64,000 nucleotides of DNA from Candidatus Dojkabacteria bacterium (GCA_014729085.1 WJKM01000009.1:126590-190589); one strand, 5' to 3'. Positions 1 through 10,903 are shown, counted from the first letter of the stretch. Made by a program: numbers and translations. Notes: generated from the letters alone by a model not told the origin.

Positions 1-1924
1 ATTTCCATATACCATTCCATTCTGAAATTTTTGAAACTTGCTGAATTCTATTTGTTATTAAGGTTCCACAATAATCTTTGGGTATTTTTGATAGTATTGA
101 TTTTGCTTCTTCAAATTCACTTTTTTGATAGAGTTTGAATCCTTTTTCATAGATTTCTTTAAGTTTTAGATTATTTTTATTATGCTTTAAGGGTTGATAA
201 ATCTTGACTGATTCTGTTTTACCTTTTACTATTACTTCATCAATTAGTCTAAATATAATAGACTGTTTTTTTATGTTTCTCACAACAGAAGCGGTTACTA
301 GAGTTTTAACTTTGTACATTTTAGTCAGCCCTTCAAGTCTAGAACCTAAATTTACATTATCACCAAGAACTGTATAATCAAAACGTTCCTTGCTTCCTAT
401 ATTGCCTACAATAATATTACCTGTATTAATCCCTATCCCAATATTAATCTTGGGAAAATTAGGAAATTTTTTATTAAATTCAAATAATTCAGCTTCGATT
501 TCTAAAGCTGATTTGACTGCGTTGTATTCCTGGAAATTATCATTTACTGGAGCACCCCAGAAAGCCATGATAGCATCTCCGATATATTTATCTATAGTAC
601 CTTCATTATTAATAATAATTTTAGACATTTGGTCTAAGTATTTATTTAATAAATCAATTAATTCTTCTGGATTTAACTTCTCTGAAATCGAGGTAAAACT
701 TCTTATATCACTAAATAAAACAGTGATTTTTTTCCTTTCGCCCCCTAGGTTCAATCTTTCTGGATTCTCTAAAAGTGATTCTAAGAGTTTAGGATTAATG
801 TATTGATTAAAAGCTCGTTTTATAAATTTTTTTTCTTGTCTTTCTGTCACATACTTAAAAATAATCATGAAGATATAAGCAGAAAGAATCAAGACATTTG
901 TTCTAATGAAGTACCAGTTTATTCCAAAATTAAAAATTATTATACCCAGGATATTAAAAAAGAAAATAGTAGCAATCAAAATGATAAAATCTAATCTATT
1001 GCTTTTAATGCCTTTCCATATAGTCATAAGTATTAGATTAATTAATATCATGAAAATAAGAAAAGGAATTACGGGAAGATTATTTTGAAACTTGTTTTCC
1101 AAGAACGAATTAATTATTTGTGCGTGAATTTCTACACCAGGTATGCGATTGCCCGAAATTGATATGAAATTGTCTTGCAGATTCAGCTTCAAGTCTGTTG
1201 CTGTTGAACCAACAAGAATAATTTTATTTTTGAAGTCTTTAGGTTCAAACTCACCATTATATATGTTATGGAAACTATAATATTTAAAATCTTGATCTGA
1301 ATAATTAAATAAAAGTCTTTGAGGATATTCATTCTTTCCTATTAATACCTCAGAATCAGAACAGGTAATTTTTTTGTTTTGTCTAATAAAATGAGAGAAG
1401 ATTGTAGCTGCAAAACTTATGTTGCATTCATTGTCAAGCTCCTCCATTATTACCGTGTTTCTAATTTTTCCATCTGAATCAGGGTAGAAATGAATAAAAC
1501 CATTGTCGGTATTGATGTCATCAAATATACTTTCAAATATATGTCCTTCTATAAGTTTACTTGCAAGGACTATATCTGAATTGGATTGTGAAATAGCCTG
1601 CTTTAATTCTTCATCACCTTCGCGAGTTTCAAGAAACAGAATATCCAGTCCAATAACTTCAGGCGCTTCATGGTTTAAGTTAGTTAATAATTTTGCAAAC
1701 ACATCTCTATCCCAAGGCCAGGCACCAATCTGCTTGAGGCTGTCGTCATCTATCGCAATTATTACAATTTCTTCTCTTGCTTCAATTGCTCCATGCAATT
1801 GATCAATAAATAGGTAGTTAATTTGCGAAAAAAATGGGATTTGGAGTATTGAAGAAATTAATATAAATATAGACAAGTAATATAAATAGAATTTAATGTT
1901 TTTATATGAATTTGTAGGAATCAT
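1..1924 (-). CDS. CHASE2 sensor domain / class III adenylate-guanylate cyclase, 3'-partial (runs off window start)
   Basis: Hand-translated minus strand is open from 1924 to position 1. N-terminal TM plus CHASE2-like region, internal TM block, then cyclase catalytic motifs GGERKKITVLFSDIRSFTSISE and GTIDKYIGDAIMAFWGAP. Absent from the ORF track because it is edge-truncated. Confidence 0.8.
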   Translation of the reverse strand, partial: MIPTNSYKNIKFYLYYLSIFILISSILQIPFFSQINYLFIDQLHGAIEAREEIVIIAIDDDSLKQIGAWPWDRDVFAKLLTNLNHEAPEVIGLDILFLETREGDEELKQAISQSNSDIVLASKLIEGHIFESIFDDINTDNGFIHFYPDSDGKIRNTVIMEELDNECNISFAATIFSHFIRQNKKITCSDSEVLIGKNEYPQRLLFNYSDQDFKYYSFHNIYNGEFEPKDFKNKIILVGSTATDLKLNLQDNFISISGNRIPGVEIHAQIINSFLENKFQNNLPVIPFLIFMILINLILMTIWKGIKSNRLDFIILIATIFFFNILGIIIFNFGINWYFIRTNVLILSAYIFMIIFKYVTERQEKKFIKRAFNQYINPKLLESLLENPERLNLGGERKKITVLFSDIRSFTSISEKLNPEELIDLLNKYLDQMSKIIINNEGTIDKYIGDAIMAFWGAPVNDNFQEYNAVKSALEIEAELFEFNKKFPNFPKINIGIGINTGNIIVGNIGSKERFDYTVLGDNVNLGSRLEGLTKMYKVKTLVTASVVRNIKKQSIIFRLIDEVIVKGKTESVKIYQPLKHNKNNLKLKEIYEKGFKLYQKSEFEEAKSILSKIPKDYCGTLITNRIQQVSKISEWNGIWK

Positions 1925-1955
1925 CTAATAAAAAGCAAAATTAATTTTGTAAGCT

Positions 1956-2966
1956 TTATTGATTACATATTTCTTTTAGTTCAGTAAGTGTATTATAAGT
2001 TGTAAGATATCTTTGGGTTCGATATTCAGAAGGAATTTTGTCTAATTCATTGAGGATCTGCTCGAATTCTTCACTTTGGATATAGTCGCAAATATATTTA
2101 GAAGCATATTCATTTTCAGTTTGGAGTTTGGATAGTTCAAGGTATTGTTTTACAACTTCAAATTGTTCATCCGATAAATGATTTTTTAATATCATTGACC
2201 TTTCTCTTCGTTCTGTCAAAAGTTTTCGTATTTCATCATCTTCCCTAATCTTATCAATTAATATTCTCTGTTTGAATTTGTTAACATTTTGATCATACTT
2301 TTTATCAAATTCTTCATTAAGTTTATACCACATAATATTTCTTTTCTCTTTAGAGATAGGGTTTATTTCAAATTTCTTTTGACTTTGATAATCTTTTATT
2401 TGTGTATATTCTCCAGGTTTTATGATCTTTGGGTTTACTTGTTTCTTAATATTTTGTTTGATTATATATTGAGACACATAGACGTCATTTTCAAGAGCGA
2501 ATATTTCGGAAGTTCCCTTGGAATTTACATCGACAGCAAATTTTGTGCCTCGGACGGAAGCAAATGTAGTAGGAGTTTCGACTTCATATTCTTTTTTAGT
2601 TGTAATATCATTAATTCTGTGCCATGTACTTCCAATTAATTGTTTTATGTTAATTTTCTCAGATTCAAAATTGATTTGGAGTTCGGTGTATTCATCAATT
2701 GAAACTAATGAATTATCTGGGAAGATAATATAAGCAATCCCTTCTTTAGTTTTAACAAATGAGCTGCTGGGTAAAACGATTTCCTCTTCTTCTAATTTCG
2801 AATAAACTGCATCTTCGTCCAGTTTATAATAAACAAAATCCTCTTCTTTAATTAAGGTAAAATCTGCATTCTCTGAGAATTTTAGCTTAAAAAGGAGCAA
2901 TATAAATAGGATACAACAAATAAACAATATCAGAAATAAAATTATGAGGATGGTTTTTCGTTTCAT
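1956..2966 (-). CDS. FecR-domain protein with N-terminal TM and C-terminal coiled coil
   Basis: N-terminal hydrophobic segment; motif ASVRGTKFAVD typical of FecR domain; K/E-rich C-terminus. Confidence 0.45.
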   Translation of the reverse strand: MKRKTILIILFLILFICCILFILLLFKLKFSENADFTLIKEEDFVYYKLDEDAVYSKLEEEEIVLPSSSFVKTKEGIAYIIFPDNSLVSIDEYTELQINFESEKINIKQLIGSTWHRINDITTKKEYEVETPTTFASVRGTKFAVDVNSKGTSEIFALENDVYVSQYIIKQNIKKQVNPKIIKPGEYTQIKDYQSQKKFEINPISKEKRNIMWYKLNEEFDKKYDQNVNKFKQRILIDKIREDDEIRKLLTERRERSMILKNHLSDEQFEVVKQYLELSKLQTENEYASKYICDYIQSEEFEQILNELDKIPSEYRTQRYLTTYNTLTELKEICNQ

Positions 2967-2979
2967 TTGAATTTTAAAT

Positions 2980-3588
2980 TTAGGGATTTTTTAGTTTCTG
3001 TTGTCTATCCCTTTTCTCGGCATTAATTAATTTTTTATCAGTTTTATTTCCATTGCTTTTTATATAGTGTTTCACAAGCGAATCTGAAGCATGGTATTGC
3101 AAAATATCAAATATTTTTTCTGCATCCTCTTTAGTTAGTCCTTCTAATTTAAGTATGGGAGTAGTTTTATCTGTTGAAAGAATGACAATATTGGAAATAC
3201 CAAGTATGCTCTCTATAAAACTGTGATCTTTTGTATAATCTTGTATTCTGTGCATTTCAACAGATTCTAATCTACGCTTGAATACACCATGTCTGAATTC
3301 GACCGAATGCTCAGTTATTTCAATTATAAAATTCTTTGTATATAAAAAAGTATAATAAGCTCTAAAAATTATTATTAACGCACTCAGTAAACCAATTATT
3401 AATGTAATTGCTTCATATTCTTTAAAAACAAAGACTAGAATTCCATCTACAATTAAAAGAAGTAGAGACATTATATATTTTACAAGATGCTTTTTTTGAG
3501 ATGGTCTGCATCTAATTAGTGGTTTCATGGTTGTTTGTTTATAGTTTATATTTCTTGGAGTAGATTTTTTTCGTCTCCTAGTCTCCAA
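2980..3588 (-). CDS. membrane-flanked bacterial PH domain protein (YdbS/YdbT-like, bPH_2)
   Basis: Two TM helices followed by a ~100 aa bPH_2-like domain. The real start is probably the internal Met (MKPLIR), since the first 43 nt overlap the upstream gene. Confidence 0.45.
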   Translation of the reverse strand: METRRRKKSTPRNINYKQTTMKPLIRCRPSQKKHLVKYIMSLLLLIVDGILVFVFKEYEAITLIIGLLSALIIIFRAYYTFLYTKNFIIEITEHSVEFRHGVFKRRLESVEMHRIQDYTKDHSFIESILGISNIVILSTDKTTPILKLEGLTKEDAEKIFDILQYHASDSLVKHYIKSNGNKTDKKLINAEKRDRQQKLKNP

Positions 3589-4811
3589 AATGCTACACCT
3601 TTTAGTTTATATTGTTTAGCAATGTTGATTCTTTGTTTTATGCCATTTTGATCTATATAAACTAGTATCCTAGTTTCTGTACTATCAGTGTCTTCATTTT
3701 GGGTTGTATATGTAAAAAATTTTTCTCCTTGATAAGATTCGGTTTTCCCCTTATATTCATCTAGAATATTTAAAACTTCTGCATATGTATAGGATTTAGT
3801 AATTGAGTCTTCTATTCCTTCGTTTAAATCAGCATCAAAAATAATTTCTTGAGATTTTCTATTATCCTTTTTATAAGACCATTCATAGGAATATAAGTGT
3901 ATCCCAAGGATAATTTTTTCTTTTGGGATTTTCCCAAGTCCATATTCTACAATTTGCTCTACCCATTCTAGGGGAGCGATTGGTCCGGGATACTTTGCAT
4001 TTGTATATGTATAGTCGTAGGCCATAATTCTTATATAGTCAGCGTAATCTTTAATCATATTCCAGTCTTGGACTTGTCGAGTTTCTGGCAAATAGGAATA
4101 CGATATATTATCCCCCCATTTAGGTACTACACTTACGGATAAAATCTTGTCTTGTGCGTGCAGTGCAAAAGATAATAGTTCCAAAAACTCAAAGTACTTA
4201 TCTTTGTCATCAAGTTGAGTTGATTCATAATCCAAATCTATTCCATGATAATTTTGTTCCACAACTTCATCTACAATATTTTTGATATGAATCTCCAATT
4301 TTCTTTCGTCATTTAATACTTCGGAGAATAGTTCATGATCGAACATAATAATAGAAGGTATAAGTTCAATATTGTTTTCGTTGACTAAATCAAATAACAA
4401 TTTTTGATTTTTTTCTTCATAAGTTGATTGTATAGTTCCATCTTCATTAACTTTATACCAAACAGGAGAAACTTGATTTATAAGTTGTGAGTTTAGTTGC
4501 AGGCTTTCATAACCACTTTCAGATGCCCAATCAGGTATCCACCCAACATATGTTAATTCGTGATTCAGATCTATATTTTTATCTACAACGTCCTCAGGTT
4601 CGTTTGAAGGAGTTTCATTTACTATGTTTTGTTCATCAGTTTCAGGTTTGCTTGTTATTGTATTAACATTACTATTTTCGAGATAAGACATAAAAATTGT
4701 ATAAACTAGGAAAATCAATATAAATATTAAACAGGCTTTCCAAATTGGTCTAAGTTTATATTTATTTAGGAATTTTTTCATCGTGTAATTATTTATTAAG
4801 TTTTTCTTCAA
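3546..4811 (-). CDS. glycoside hydrolase family 18-like protein (membrane anchored)
   Basis: N-terminal TM, acidic linker, GH18 catalytic motif HGIDLDYE (DxxDxDxE). Confidence 0.6.
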   Translation of the reverse strand: MKKNLINNYTMKKFLNKYKLRPIWKACLIFILIFLVYTIFMSYLENSNVNTITSKPETDEQNIVNETPSNEPEDVVDKNIDLNHELTYVGWIPDWASESGYESLQLNSQLINQVSPVWYKVNEDGTIQSTYEEKNQKLLFDLVNENNIELIPSIIMFDHELFSEVLNDERKLEIHIKNIVDEVVEQNYHGIDLDYESTQLDDKDKYFEFLELLSFALHAQDKILSVSVVPKWGDNISYSYLPETRQVQDWNMIKDYADYIRIMAYDYTYTNAKYPGPIAPLEWVEQIVEYGLGKIPKEKIILGIHLYSYEWSYKKDNRKSQEIIFDADLNEGIEDSITKSYTYAEVLNILDEYKGKTESYQGEKFFTYTTQNEDTDSTETRILVYIDQNGIKQRINIAKQYKLKGVAFWRLGDEKNLLQEI

Positions 4812-5574
4812 ATGTTATACCTATGGGGCAATGATCTGAACCAGGAACTTCATCTAAAATAAAGGCTTCTTTTATTTTGTTTTTAAGTCTTTTGGAAGCA
4901 CAAATATAGTCAATTCTCCAGCCTACATTCCTTTCTCTGGCATTTGTATAATAACTCCACCATGTATAGTTTCCCCCTTCCTGATTAAATATCCTGAATG
5001 TATCAATAAATCCAGAATTTAAAATATTCGAAAATCCCTGTTTTTCCTCTTGAGTGAATCCATGATTACCTTCATTTTGTTTCGGGTTAGCCAGATCAAT
5101 TTCTTTGTGAGCAACATTTAAATCACCACAGAAAATAACGGGTTTTTTCTTATCTAATCTTTTGATAAAATCTAGAAACTTATCATCCCACTTTTGTCTA
5201 TAGTCAAGTCTAGTTAGGCCTCTTTGGGAATTAGGAGTATATATGTTAACTATATAAAATTTTTCATACTCGAAAGTAAGTACACGGCCTTCTTGATCAT
5301 ATTCTTTTATTCCCATACCTTTGAGTACCTTCATGGGTTTATGTTTTGAAAGTGTCATTGTCCCTGAGTATCCCTTTTTATTTTTAGCTGGATATAATTC
5401 TGTATAATACCCATCGATTGTTTTTAATTCATCAGGAATTTGTTGCTTTACTAATCTAGTTTCTTGTAAACATAATATATCTGGGTCTGTGTCATTAAAC
5501 CAGGATAAAAAGTTTTTTTTGTAAATTGCTCTTAAACCATTTACATTCCATGAGTAAATCGAAATTGAGTCCAT
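4789..5574 (-). CDS. xth: exodeoxyribonuclease III (AP endonuclease)
   Basis: MDSISIYSWNVNGLRA...LCLQETR...CGDLNVAH...SDHCP motifs of the ExoIII/EEP family; 261 aa. Confidence 0.85.
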   Translation of the reverse strand: MDSISIYSWNVNGLRAIYKKNFLSWFNDTDPDILCLQETRLVKQQIPDELKTIDGYYTELYPAKNKKGYSGTMTLSKHKPMKVLKGMGIKEYDQEGRVLTFEYEKFYIVNIYTPNSQRGLTRLDYRQKWDDKFLDFIKRLDKKKPVIFCGDLNVAHKEIDLANPKQNEGNHGFTQEEKQGFSNILNSGFIDTFRIFNQEGGNYTWWSYYTNARERNVGWRIDYICASKRLKNKIKEAFILDEVPGSDHCPIGITFEEKLNK

Positions 5575-5690
5575 AATAAGAGTTAATATATATTCTATCT
5601 TAATTTTAACAGAAGAATGTTAAATATTGTATTAAAACAATATTTTGGGATTATATTTTAATTAGTAGAAATTGTTTATTTTCTATATAA

Positions 5691-6464
5691 TTGAATATCT
5701 TTTTAGAAATAATAATGATTGTAAAAAATTCAACTCAATTGTCAAAAATTAAAACCAGTGCAAAAATTAACCGGGAGTGTTTGTTTTTTCTTAAGGAATT
5801 AACAGAACCTGGAATATCATCTTACGAAGTAAATATAAAAGCAGAGGAGTTTTATTCAAAACACAGAGTGAAACCTGCTTTTAAGGGATATATGGGGTAT
5901 CCTGCTACGATAAATTTTATGATAAACGATGGGGTAGTTCATTGTATACCTAAAAAAGACATAACTGTAAAAGAAGGCGATTTAGTTTCGATAGACACAG
6001 GATGTATATATAAGGGATTTTATTCTGATCAAGCAATTAGTTTTGGTGTTGGGAAAATTAAACCTGAAGATGAGAAATTATTAAATATTGCTGAGATGTC
6101 TATCGAAGCAGGTTGCAACCAATGTATTGCGGGTAATACAGTTGGGGATATTGGTAATGCACAGCAGACTGTGATAGAAATGGCAGGGTTTAATGTTGTG
6201 AGGCAATTTGTTGGTCATGAAATTGGGAAGAAATTACATGATCCCATGAAAATTCCACCTTTTGGTAAACCAGGACAAGGACCAAGGTTGAAAGAAAATT
6301 TACTCCTTGCTATTGAAAATCAGGTATGTGTCGGTAGTAATCGAGTGTATACGGACAAAGAAGATAACTGGTCTACATATACAAAGGATGGCAAAGATTG
6401 CGTTACTTTTGAACATATGGTTATTGTAAAAAATAATGATCCTTACATTATAACCAAGGGGTGA
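5691..6464 (+). CDS. map: methionine aminopeptidase type I
   Basis: Pita-bread fold motifs: DLVSIDTG, FVGHEIGKKLHD, and metal ligands conserved; true start may be the internal MIVKN. Confidence 0.85.
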   Translation: MNIFLEIIMIVKNSTQLSKIKTSAKINRECLFFLKELTEPGISSYEVNIKAEEFYSKHRVKPAFKGYMGYPATINFMINDGVVHCIPKKDITVKEGDLVSIDTGCIYKGFYSDQAISFGVGKIKPEDEKLLNIAEMSIEAGCNQCIAGNTVGDIGNAQQTVIEMAGFNVVRQFVGHEIGKKLHDPMKIPPFGKPGQGPRLKENLLLAIENQVCVGSNRVYTDKEDNWSTYTKDGKDCVTFEHMVIVKNNDPYIITKG

Positions 6465-6474
6465 TATGTAGTTT

Positions 6475-7476
6475 CTATTGGTTGCTCAACTGCCCGCAAG
6501 CGGCATTTACATCTTCTCCCATTGTTACACGAATGGTATATGTAATACCTTTGTCTTCCAATATTTTTGCAAAATTATATATTGTATTTTTAGCGGGAGT
6601 GGAAAAAGTGTCTTCTTTTATTGGATTGTAGGGTATGAGGTTAACATGTGCCAATCTATTATGAAGTAATTCAGCTAATTGCTTTGCATTTTGTTCTGAG
6701 TCATTAATATTTCTAATTAAAACATATTCATAAGAAACCCTTTTATTTGTTTTGTGTGTGTAATTACTTAAGACTCTCATTAAATCTTTGAGCTTATATT
6801 GATTTGCAATTGGGATTAGTACCTCTCTCAAGGTTTGAGTTGGTGCATGCAGACTAATTGCTAATCTCCCTTTGAAATCAGACTTGATTAATTTTCTTAT
6901 ACCTGGAATTATTCCGACAGTTGAAATAGTAATTCGTCTTGTACTCATAGCGAGCTTATCAGGATCTGTAATGACGGCTATAGATTTTTGTACTTCGTTT
7001 AAATTTAATAGGGGTTCCCCCATTCCCATAAATACAATATTTGTAATTTTCTGGTTTTGTGTGTTTAAGTGCCTTTGGAAATAAAGGATTTGATCAATAA
7101 TTTCCTTTGCACTAAGTTTGGCTTTAAAACCCATTTGACCAGTTGCACAAAATTTACAACCAACGGGACAGCCTACCATACAACTAACACAAACAGTATT
7201 GCGATCATCATCATGAAGCATAAGTACGCTTTCAAATTTGTGATTGTCAGATTTTCTTCTAAACAGTACCTTTTGAGTAGCTCTATCTTTCGACATTATT
7301 TTCTTGTCAGCTTTGATAGTTGAAAATTCAATTTTTTCTTTTAGTTTTTTTCTCAAATCCTTTGGCCAGGTAAAAAGTTCATCGAAAGAGTTGATCAATT
7401 CCTTATAATACAAGTTATTAAATTGTTTAATTCTAAATTTTGGTATATTATTTTTATCTGCAAATTCTTCAATCAT
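6475..7476 (-). CDS. rlmN: 23S rRNA m2A2503 methyltransferase RlmN (radical SAM)
   Basis: CVSCMVGCPVGCKFCATGQMG radical-SAM CxxxCxxC plus RlmN/Cfr family architecture; 333 aa. Confidence 0.85.
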   Translation of the reverse strand: MIEEFADKNNIPKFRIKQFNNLYYKELINSFDELFTWPKDLRKKLKEKIEFSTIKADKKIMSKDRATQKVLFRRKSDNHKFESVLMLHDDDRNTVCVSCMVGCPVGCKFCATGQMGFKAKLSAKEIIDQILYFQRHLNTQNQKITNIVFMGMGEPLLNLNEVQKSIAVITDPDKLAMSTRRITISTVGIIPGIRKLIKSDFKGRLAISLHAPTQTLREVLIPIANQYKLKDLMRVLSNYTHKTNKRVSYEYVLIRNINDSEQNAKQLAELLHNRLAHVNLIPYNPIKEDTFSTPAKNTIYNFAKILEDKGITYTIRVTMGEDVNAACGQLSNQ

Positions 7477-7621
7477 TATAAGAATATGACAAAGGTATTT
7501 TAAGTAAGTCTAGTTTTCATTCAACAGGTATTTTAACATTTTGTACAAAAGTCTATTTTATTTAGTTTATAAATATGATACTTTATAATATAACCATTAG
7601 TTAACCTATTAAGTTAAACCT

Positions 7622-8257
7622 ATGAAGAAAAACAAATTTCTCAAATTGTTTATTGTAATGTTTCTAGGAATTTCTTTAACTGCATGTCTGCCTCAACAAG
7701 AGACTGATGATTCAGACTCTTCAGATACAGTTACTCCAACTGAGGATACTAGCTTTAGAGCAACTCCTACAGAAGAAGCAGAAGAAGATGATGATGATGA
7801 GATTAACACATATACTTTCGATAAAGAAAGTGAGGAATATACAGAGGAAGAAGAAAAAGAAGAGGAAGAGGAAGAGGAAATGGAAATGGAAGAGGAGGAT
7901 ATATATGAATCTGATGGAAGTAAAAAAGATCCAAATTATGATTTAAGGGAGGATCAGGCTAATGTTGAAAGTATTAGCTTAGTGTTAAGTGGAACTGAAT
8001 TAAACATAACTGCTGAGGGAAATCATCCTGATTATTGTAAAGGTATTGATAAATATAATTGGCATCGTGACGGAGATAATTTCATCGTAGATTTGACTAT
8101 TAAAGACTTAAGTGTAGAAAATTGCGCACAAGCAGAAAAACCTTTTTCACAGGAAATCAACATCGAGCTGGGATCAATGAATATGGAGGAGGGAATATAT
8201 ACTGTTGAAGTTAATGGGGTAAGTGATACTTTTCAATTATCAGATGCTATTAACTAA
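7622..8257 (+). CDS. lipoprotein with extremely acidic low-complexity region
   Basis: Signal peptide with lipobox LTAC; poly-E/D stretch. The overlapping ORF 7707..7946 in another frame is an artefact of GAA/GAG repeats. Confidence 0.5.
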   Translation: MKKNKFLKLFIVMFLGISLTACLPQQETDDSDSSDTVTPTEDTSFRATPTEEAEEDDDDEINTYTFDKESEEYTEEEEKEEEEEEEMEMEEEDIYESDGSKKDPNYDLREDQANVESISLVLSGTELNITAEGNHPDYCKGIDKYNWHRDGDNFIVDLTIKDLSVENCAQAEKPFSQEINIELGSMNMEEGIYTVEVNGVSDTFQLSDAIN

Positions 8258-8264
8258 ATAAGGA

Positions 8265-9269
8265 CTAGATAACAATTTCCGCAATAAGTGCTCTGTGATC
8301 AGAACCCGGAAAATCCATAATTTCAAAGTTTGATGTCTCGATATTTTTCGAGACAAAAAAATGATCTATGTGTGTCCTTAGGTATTCTTTTTCTCTATGA
8401 TTCCATGTATATCCAAATCCAGAAATTCTTGAAATATTATTAAACTGAACTCCAATTTCTTTACAAAATTTTTGATAATAATAGGACCACGGACTAAGGT
8501 TAAAATCTCCCATTATAATTATATTCTCGGTCTCTTCGTTCCGAATTTCATTAGCAATGATTTTCAATTGTTCATTTCTTTTATGAAAATAATCTTTATT
8601 TATTGGAGCAGTTGTATGAATTAAATATAATTTAAAGTTTTTGTTATTTATATTAACTAAAATATCACTAAAGCCGGAATAATAACCGTTAATGATATTC
8701 TCTTCTGAAGTAAGTATTTTATGTTTGGAAAAGATAATATTTCCAGCAAATGCCCCTCCATCCAAATAATTGTTTATATTCGAATAAGGATAATTCAGAT
8801 CTAGGTAATCTTTTAGTCTTTCATATTGAATATCGGTAAATTCGATTAAGATAAGTATATCTGCATCTTGGTTAGTTAAAAAATTTTTAACATCATTATA
8901 GTTTTTATTTTCCCACCAAAGATTAATACTTAAGATTTTAGTAACATTTTTTTGGTTAAGATTTTCATTATTATTATGAAAAGGTAGATAAAATTGAATA
9001 ATCTTAAATGGAAAAGTTAGGAATATAAGTAGATTTAATATCAAAAGTAGTTTAATTATTTTTATTTTAAATTTCCAAAAGTAAATAAGAACAAATACAA
9101 AGATGTAAAGTATATAAATAATTGTAATTTCGGGTAGAAAACTGGTTGCAATATCGATCCAATAAAGATGATTCAGGAATTGTAATGCCAGGAACGTACA
9201 TAAAGGAAGTATGAGTAAAAGTATGATAATTTTATTTATTATTTTCTTGTATTTTTTTAATTTATTCAT
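8265..9269 (-). CDS. membrane-anchored endonuclease/exonuclease/phosphatase (EEP) family protein
   Basis: Three to four N-terminal TM helices; EEP motifs (SINLWW, DADILILIEF, GDFNLSPWS, SDHRAL). Confidence 0.55.
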   Translation of the reverse strand: MNKLKKYKKIINKIIILLLILPLCTFLALQFLNHLYWIDIATSFLPEITIIYILYIFVFVLIYFWKFKIKIIKLLLILNLLIFLTFPFKIIQFYLPFHNNNENLNQKNVTKILSINLWWENKNYNDVKNFLTNQDADILILIEFTDIQYERLKDYLDLNYPYSNINNYLDGGAFAGNIIFSKHKILTSEENIINGYYSGFSDILVNINNKNFKLYLIHTTAPINKDYFHKRNEQLKIIANEIRNEETENIIIMGDFNLSPWSYYYQKFCKEIGVQFNNISRISGFGYTWNHREKEYLRTHIDHFFVSKNIETSNFEIMDFPGSDHRALIAEIVI

Positions 9270-9323
9270 TATTCCAAAGTTAGAGAATCTATATTTAATA
9301 ACCTAAGATTTGACTAAGCTGTT

Positions 9324-10751
9324 CTATCTCAGAACGCGGAATCCCAACACAACTGGGATCCTTTTGTTTTCTCCCCAATTTAGGAAGCTATAATTTTGAG
9401 AGTAAAAAGCTGTTGAAGAACCTCCATCTAAATTAATAACATCAATAGTCTTGTTTCTTAGAAGAGATAAATGGAGTAAAATATTTGCAATTTGGGAAAG
9501 GGAGACTTCTTCTTTAACTACAATAAAAAACTTTTCATTTTGATCACTCACACCCATTAAGGTTCTTTGATGATAAGTCATACCATTCTTGGAATTTTCT
9601 ATTAAGGCAGATTGAATATTATTCTTTGAAATTACTAAGGGCCCAGTTTGAAATTCTAAAAGATTATAATTCGATTCGATAGGATAGTATTCATCTTTAT
9701 CAATAAACACAACATTATAGTTTGTTTTGTCATATCTTACTATATGAGTTAATTGTTCTGGGACTCCTTGATCATAATATTTTATTGGAGTAATAGGGAT
9801 ACCATAATAGTTAAGCAGTCCTGCATGTTCTGCATCAAGATTAGTTCCGCCAAAGTAAGAACCATTAACTATATATTGATATCCAAGATTTTGAGCTAGG
9901 GTTTGAATTTGAGGTGCATTATTTGGAACATAATTAAAGTCAAATCCTTGTTTTGTAACTAATATTGAAATATTCAAATCATAGTAGTTATAAACTCTAA
10001 AATTTCCATCGGCAATCTTATAATCCGATTCGATACCAGATGATAGGTTGGAATAATCTGGATAATAAGTATTTGAATATATATCTGCATATTGTATTGT
10101 ATTAGTTATCATCTTGGCAGTTTCACCTCTTGTAGCTGAATCAGTTGGACGGAAGTTCTTATGAGAAGTCAGTGTAATTATTTGTTCGTACAAAGCTTCT
10201 TCTTTAGTAGCAGAGTACAATGCTTGAATGTATTCATAAAAAGGTGTTTCGGCATTCAAATCTATGAATTCCATTTCTGCTTTTGCATTAAACAAAGATT
10301 CATTCTTGAGTTTGGCTGAATTATGAATAAATTTAGTAAGTGCGGCTCTGCTGACTATTTGGTCAGGACGGTAGGTATTATCTGAAAAACCTGAAATTAT
10401 ATCGGCTTTTTTGAGTGCATGAATATACTGAAAAAAAGTATGATCGGTGTTAACATCTTGAAAATAATCTGTTTTCTCCATATCGCTTAGATTCAAATCA
10501 ACTTGAAATGCTATTGAGATTATTTTTGCCAATTCTCCCCTCGTTACAAAGTTATCTGGTCTAAAAGTTTGGTCACTGTACCCATTCACAATGCCCTGGA
10601 ATTCCAAGTTATTAACATAGTAACAAAGTATAGAGTTTTCAGGGATATCTTTAAATGAACTTTGACAGGAAAAAGTTGATGCTAGAGGATACCTAGTAAG
10701 GAATACAAGGCAAATTAACGTAAACAATAAAATAGTTAGTTTATTTTTCAA
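9324..10751 (-). CDS. SLH-domain protein with C-terminal phosphodiester-glycosidase (NAGPA-like, DUF2233) domain
   Basis: Signal peptide; three SLH-like repeats (F.DV...G...F.P...TRGELAK); C-terminal VINLDGGSST motif. Paralog of 33378..34769. Confidence 0.6.
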   Translation of the reverse strand: MKNKLTILLFTLICLVFLTRYPLASTFSCQSSFKDIPENSILCYYVNNLEFQGIVNGYSDQTFRPDNFVTRGELAKIISIAFQVDLNLSDMEKTDYFQDVNTDHTFFQYIHALKKADIISGFSDNTYRPDQIVSRAALTKFIHNSAKLKNESLFNAKAEMEFIDLNAETPFYEYIQALYSATKEEALYEQIITLTSHKNFRPTDSATRGETAKMITNTIQYADIYSNTYYPDYSNLSSGIESDYKIADGNFRVYNYYDLNISILVTKQGFDFNYVPNNAPQIQTLAQNLGYQYIVNGSYFGGTNLDAEHAGLLNYYGIPITPIKYYDQGVPEQLTHIVRYDKTNYNVVFIDKDEYYPIESNYNLLEFQTGPLVISKNNIQSALIENSKNGMTYHQRTLMGVSDQNEKFFIVVKEEVSLSQIANILLHLSLLRNKTIDVINLDGGSSTAFYSQNYSFLNWGENKRIPVVLGFRVLR

Positions 10752-10903
10752 TATTGATAGAAACTTAAGTTAATTTAATAAATTTTACATAATTCGAGTT
10801 TTATTTAGCAACTTATATAGTTTATAAATAATATTACTTTAATGGAAATTTATAATACTTGTTATAATCTTTACGAAATAATTAATTTTAAAAATGTTAG
10901 ATT

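Noticed and set aside
390-1802. Plus-strand ORFs 390..806, 803..994, 906..1088, 1503..1802
   Set aside because: They lie antisense to a clearly conserved adenylate cyclase/CHASE2 gene on the minus strand and have low-complexity, hydrophobic translations. They are artefacts.
7707-7946. ORF in alternate frame of the acidic lipoprotein (poly-K/R translation)
   Set aside because: Generated by the GAA/GAG repeat that encodes the poly-Glu tract in the real frame.
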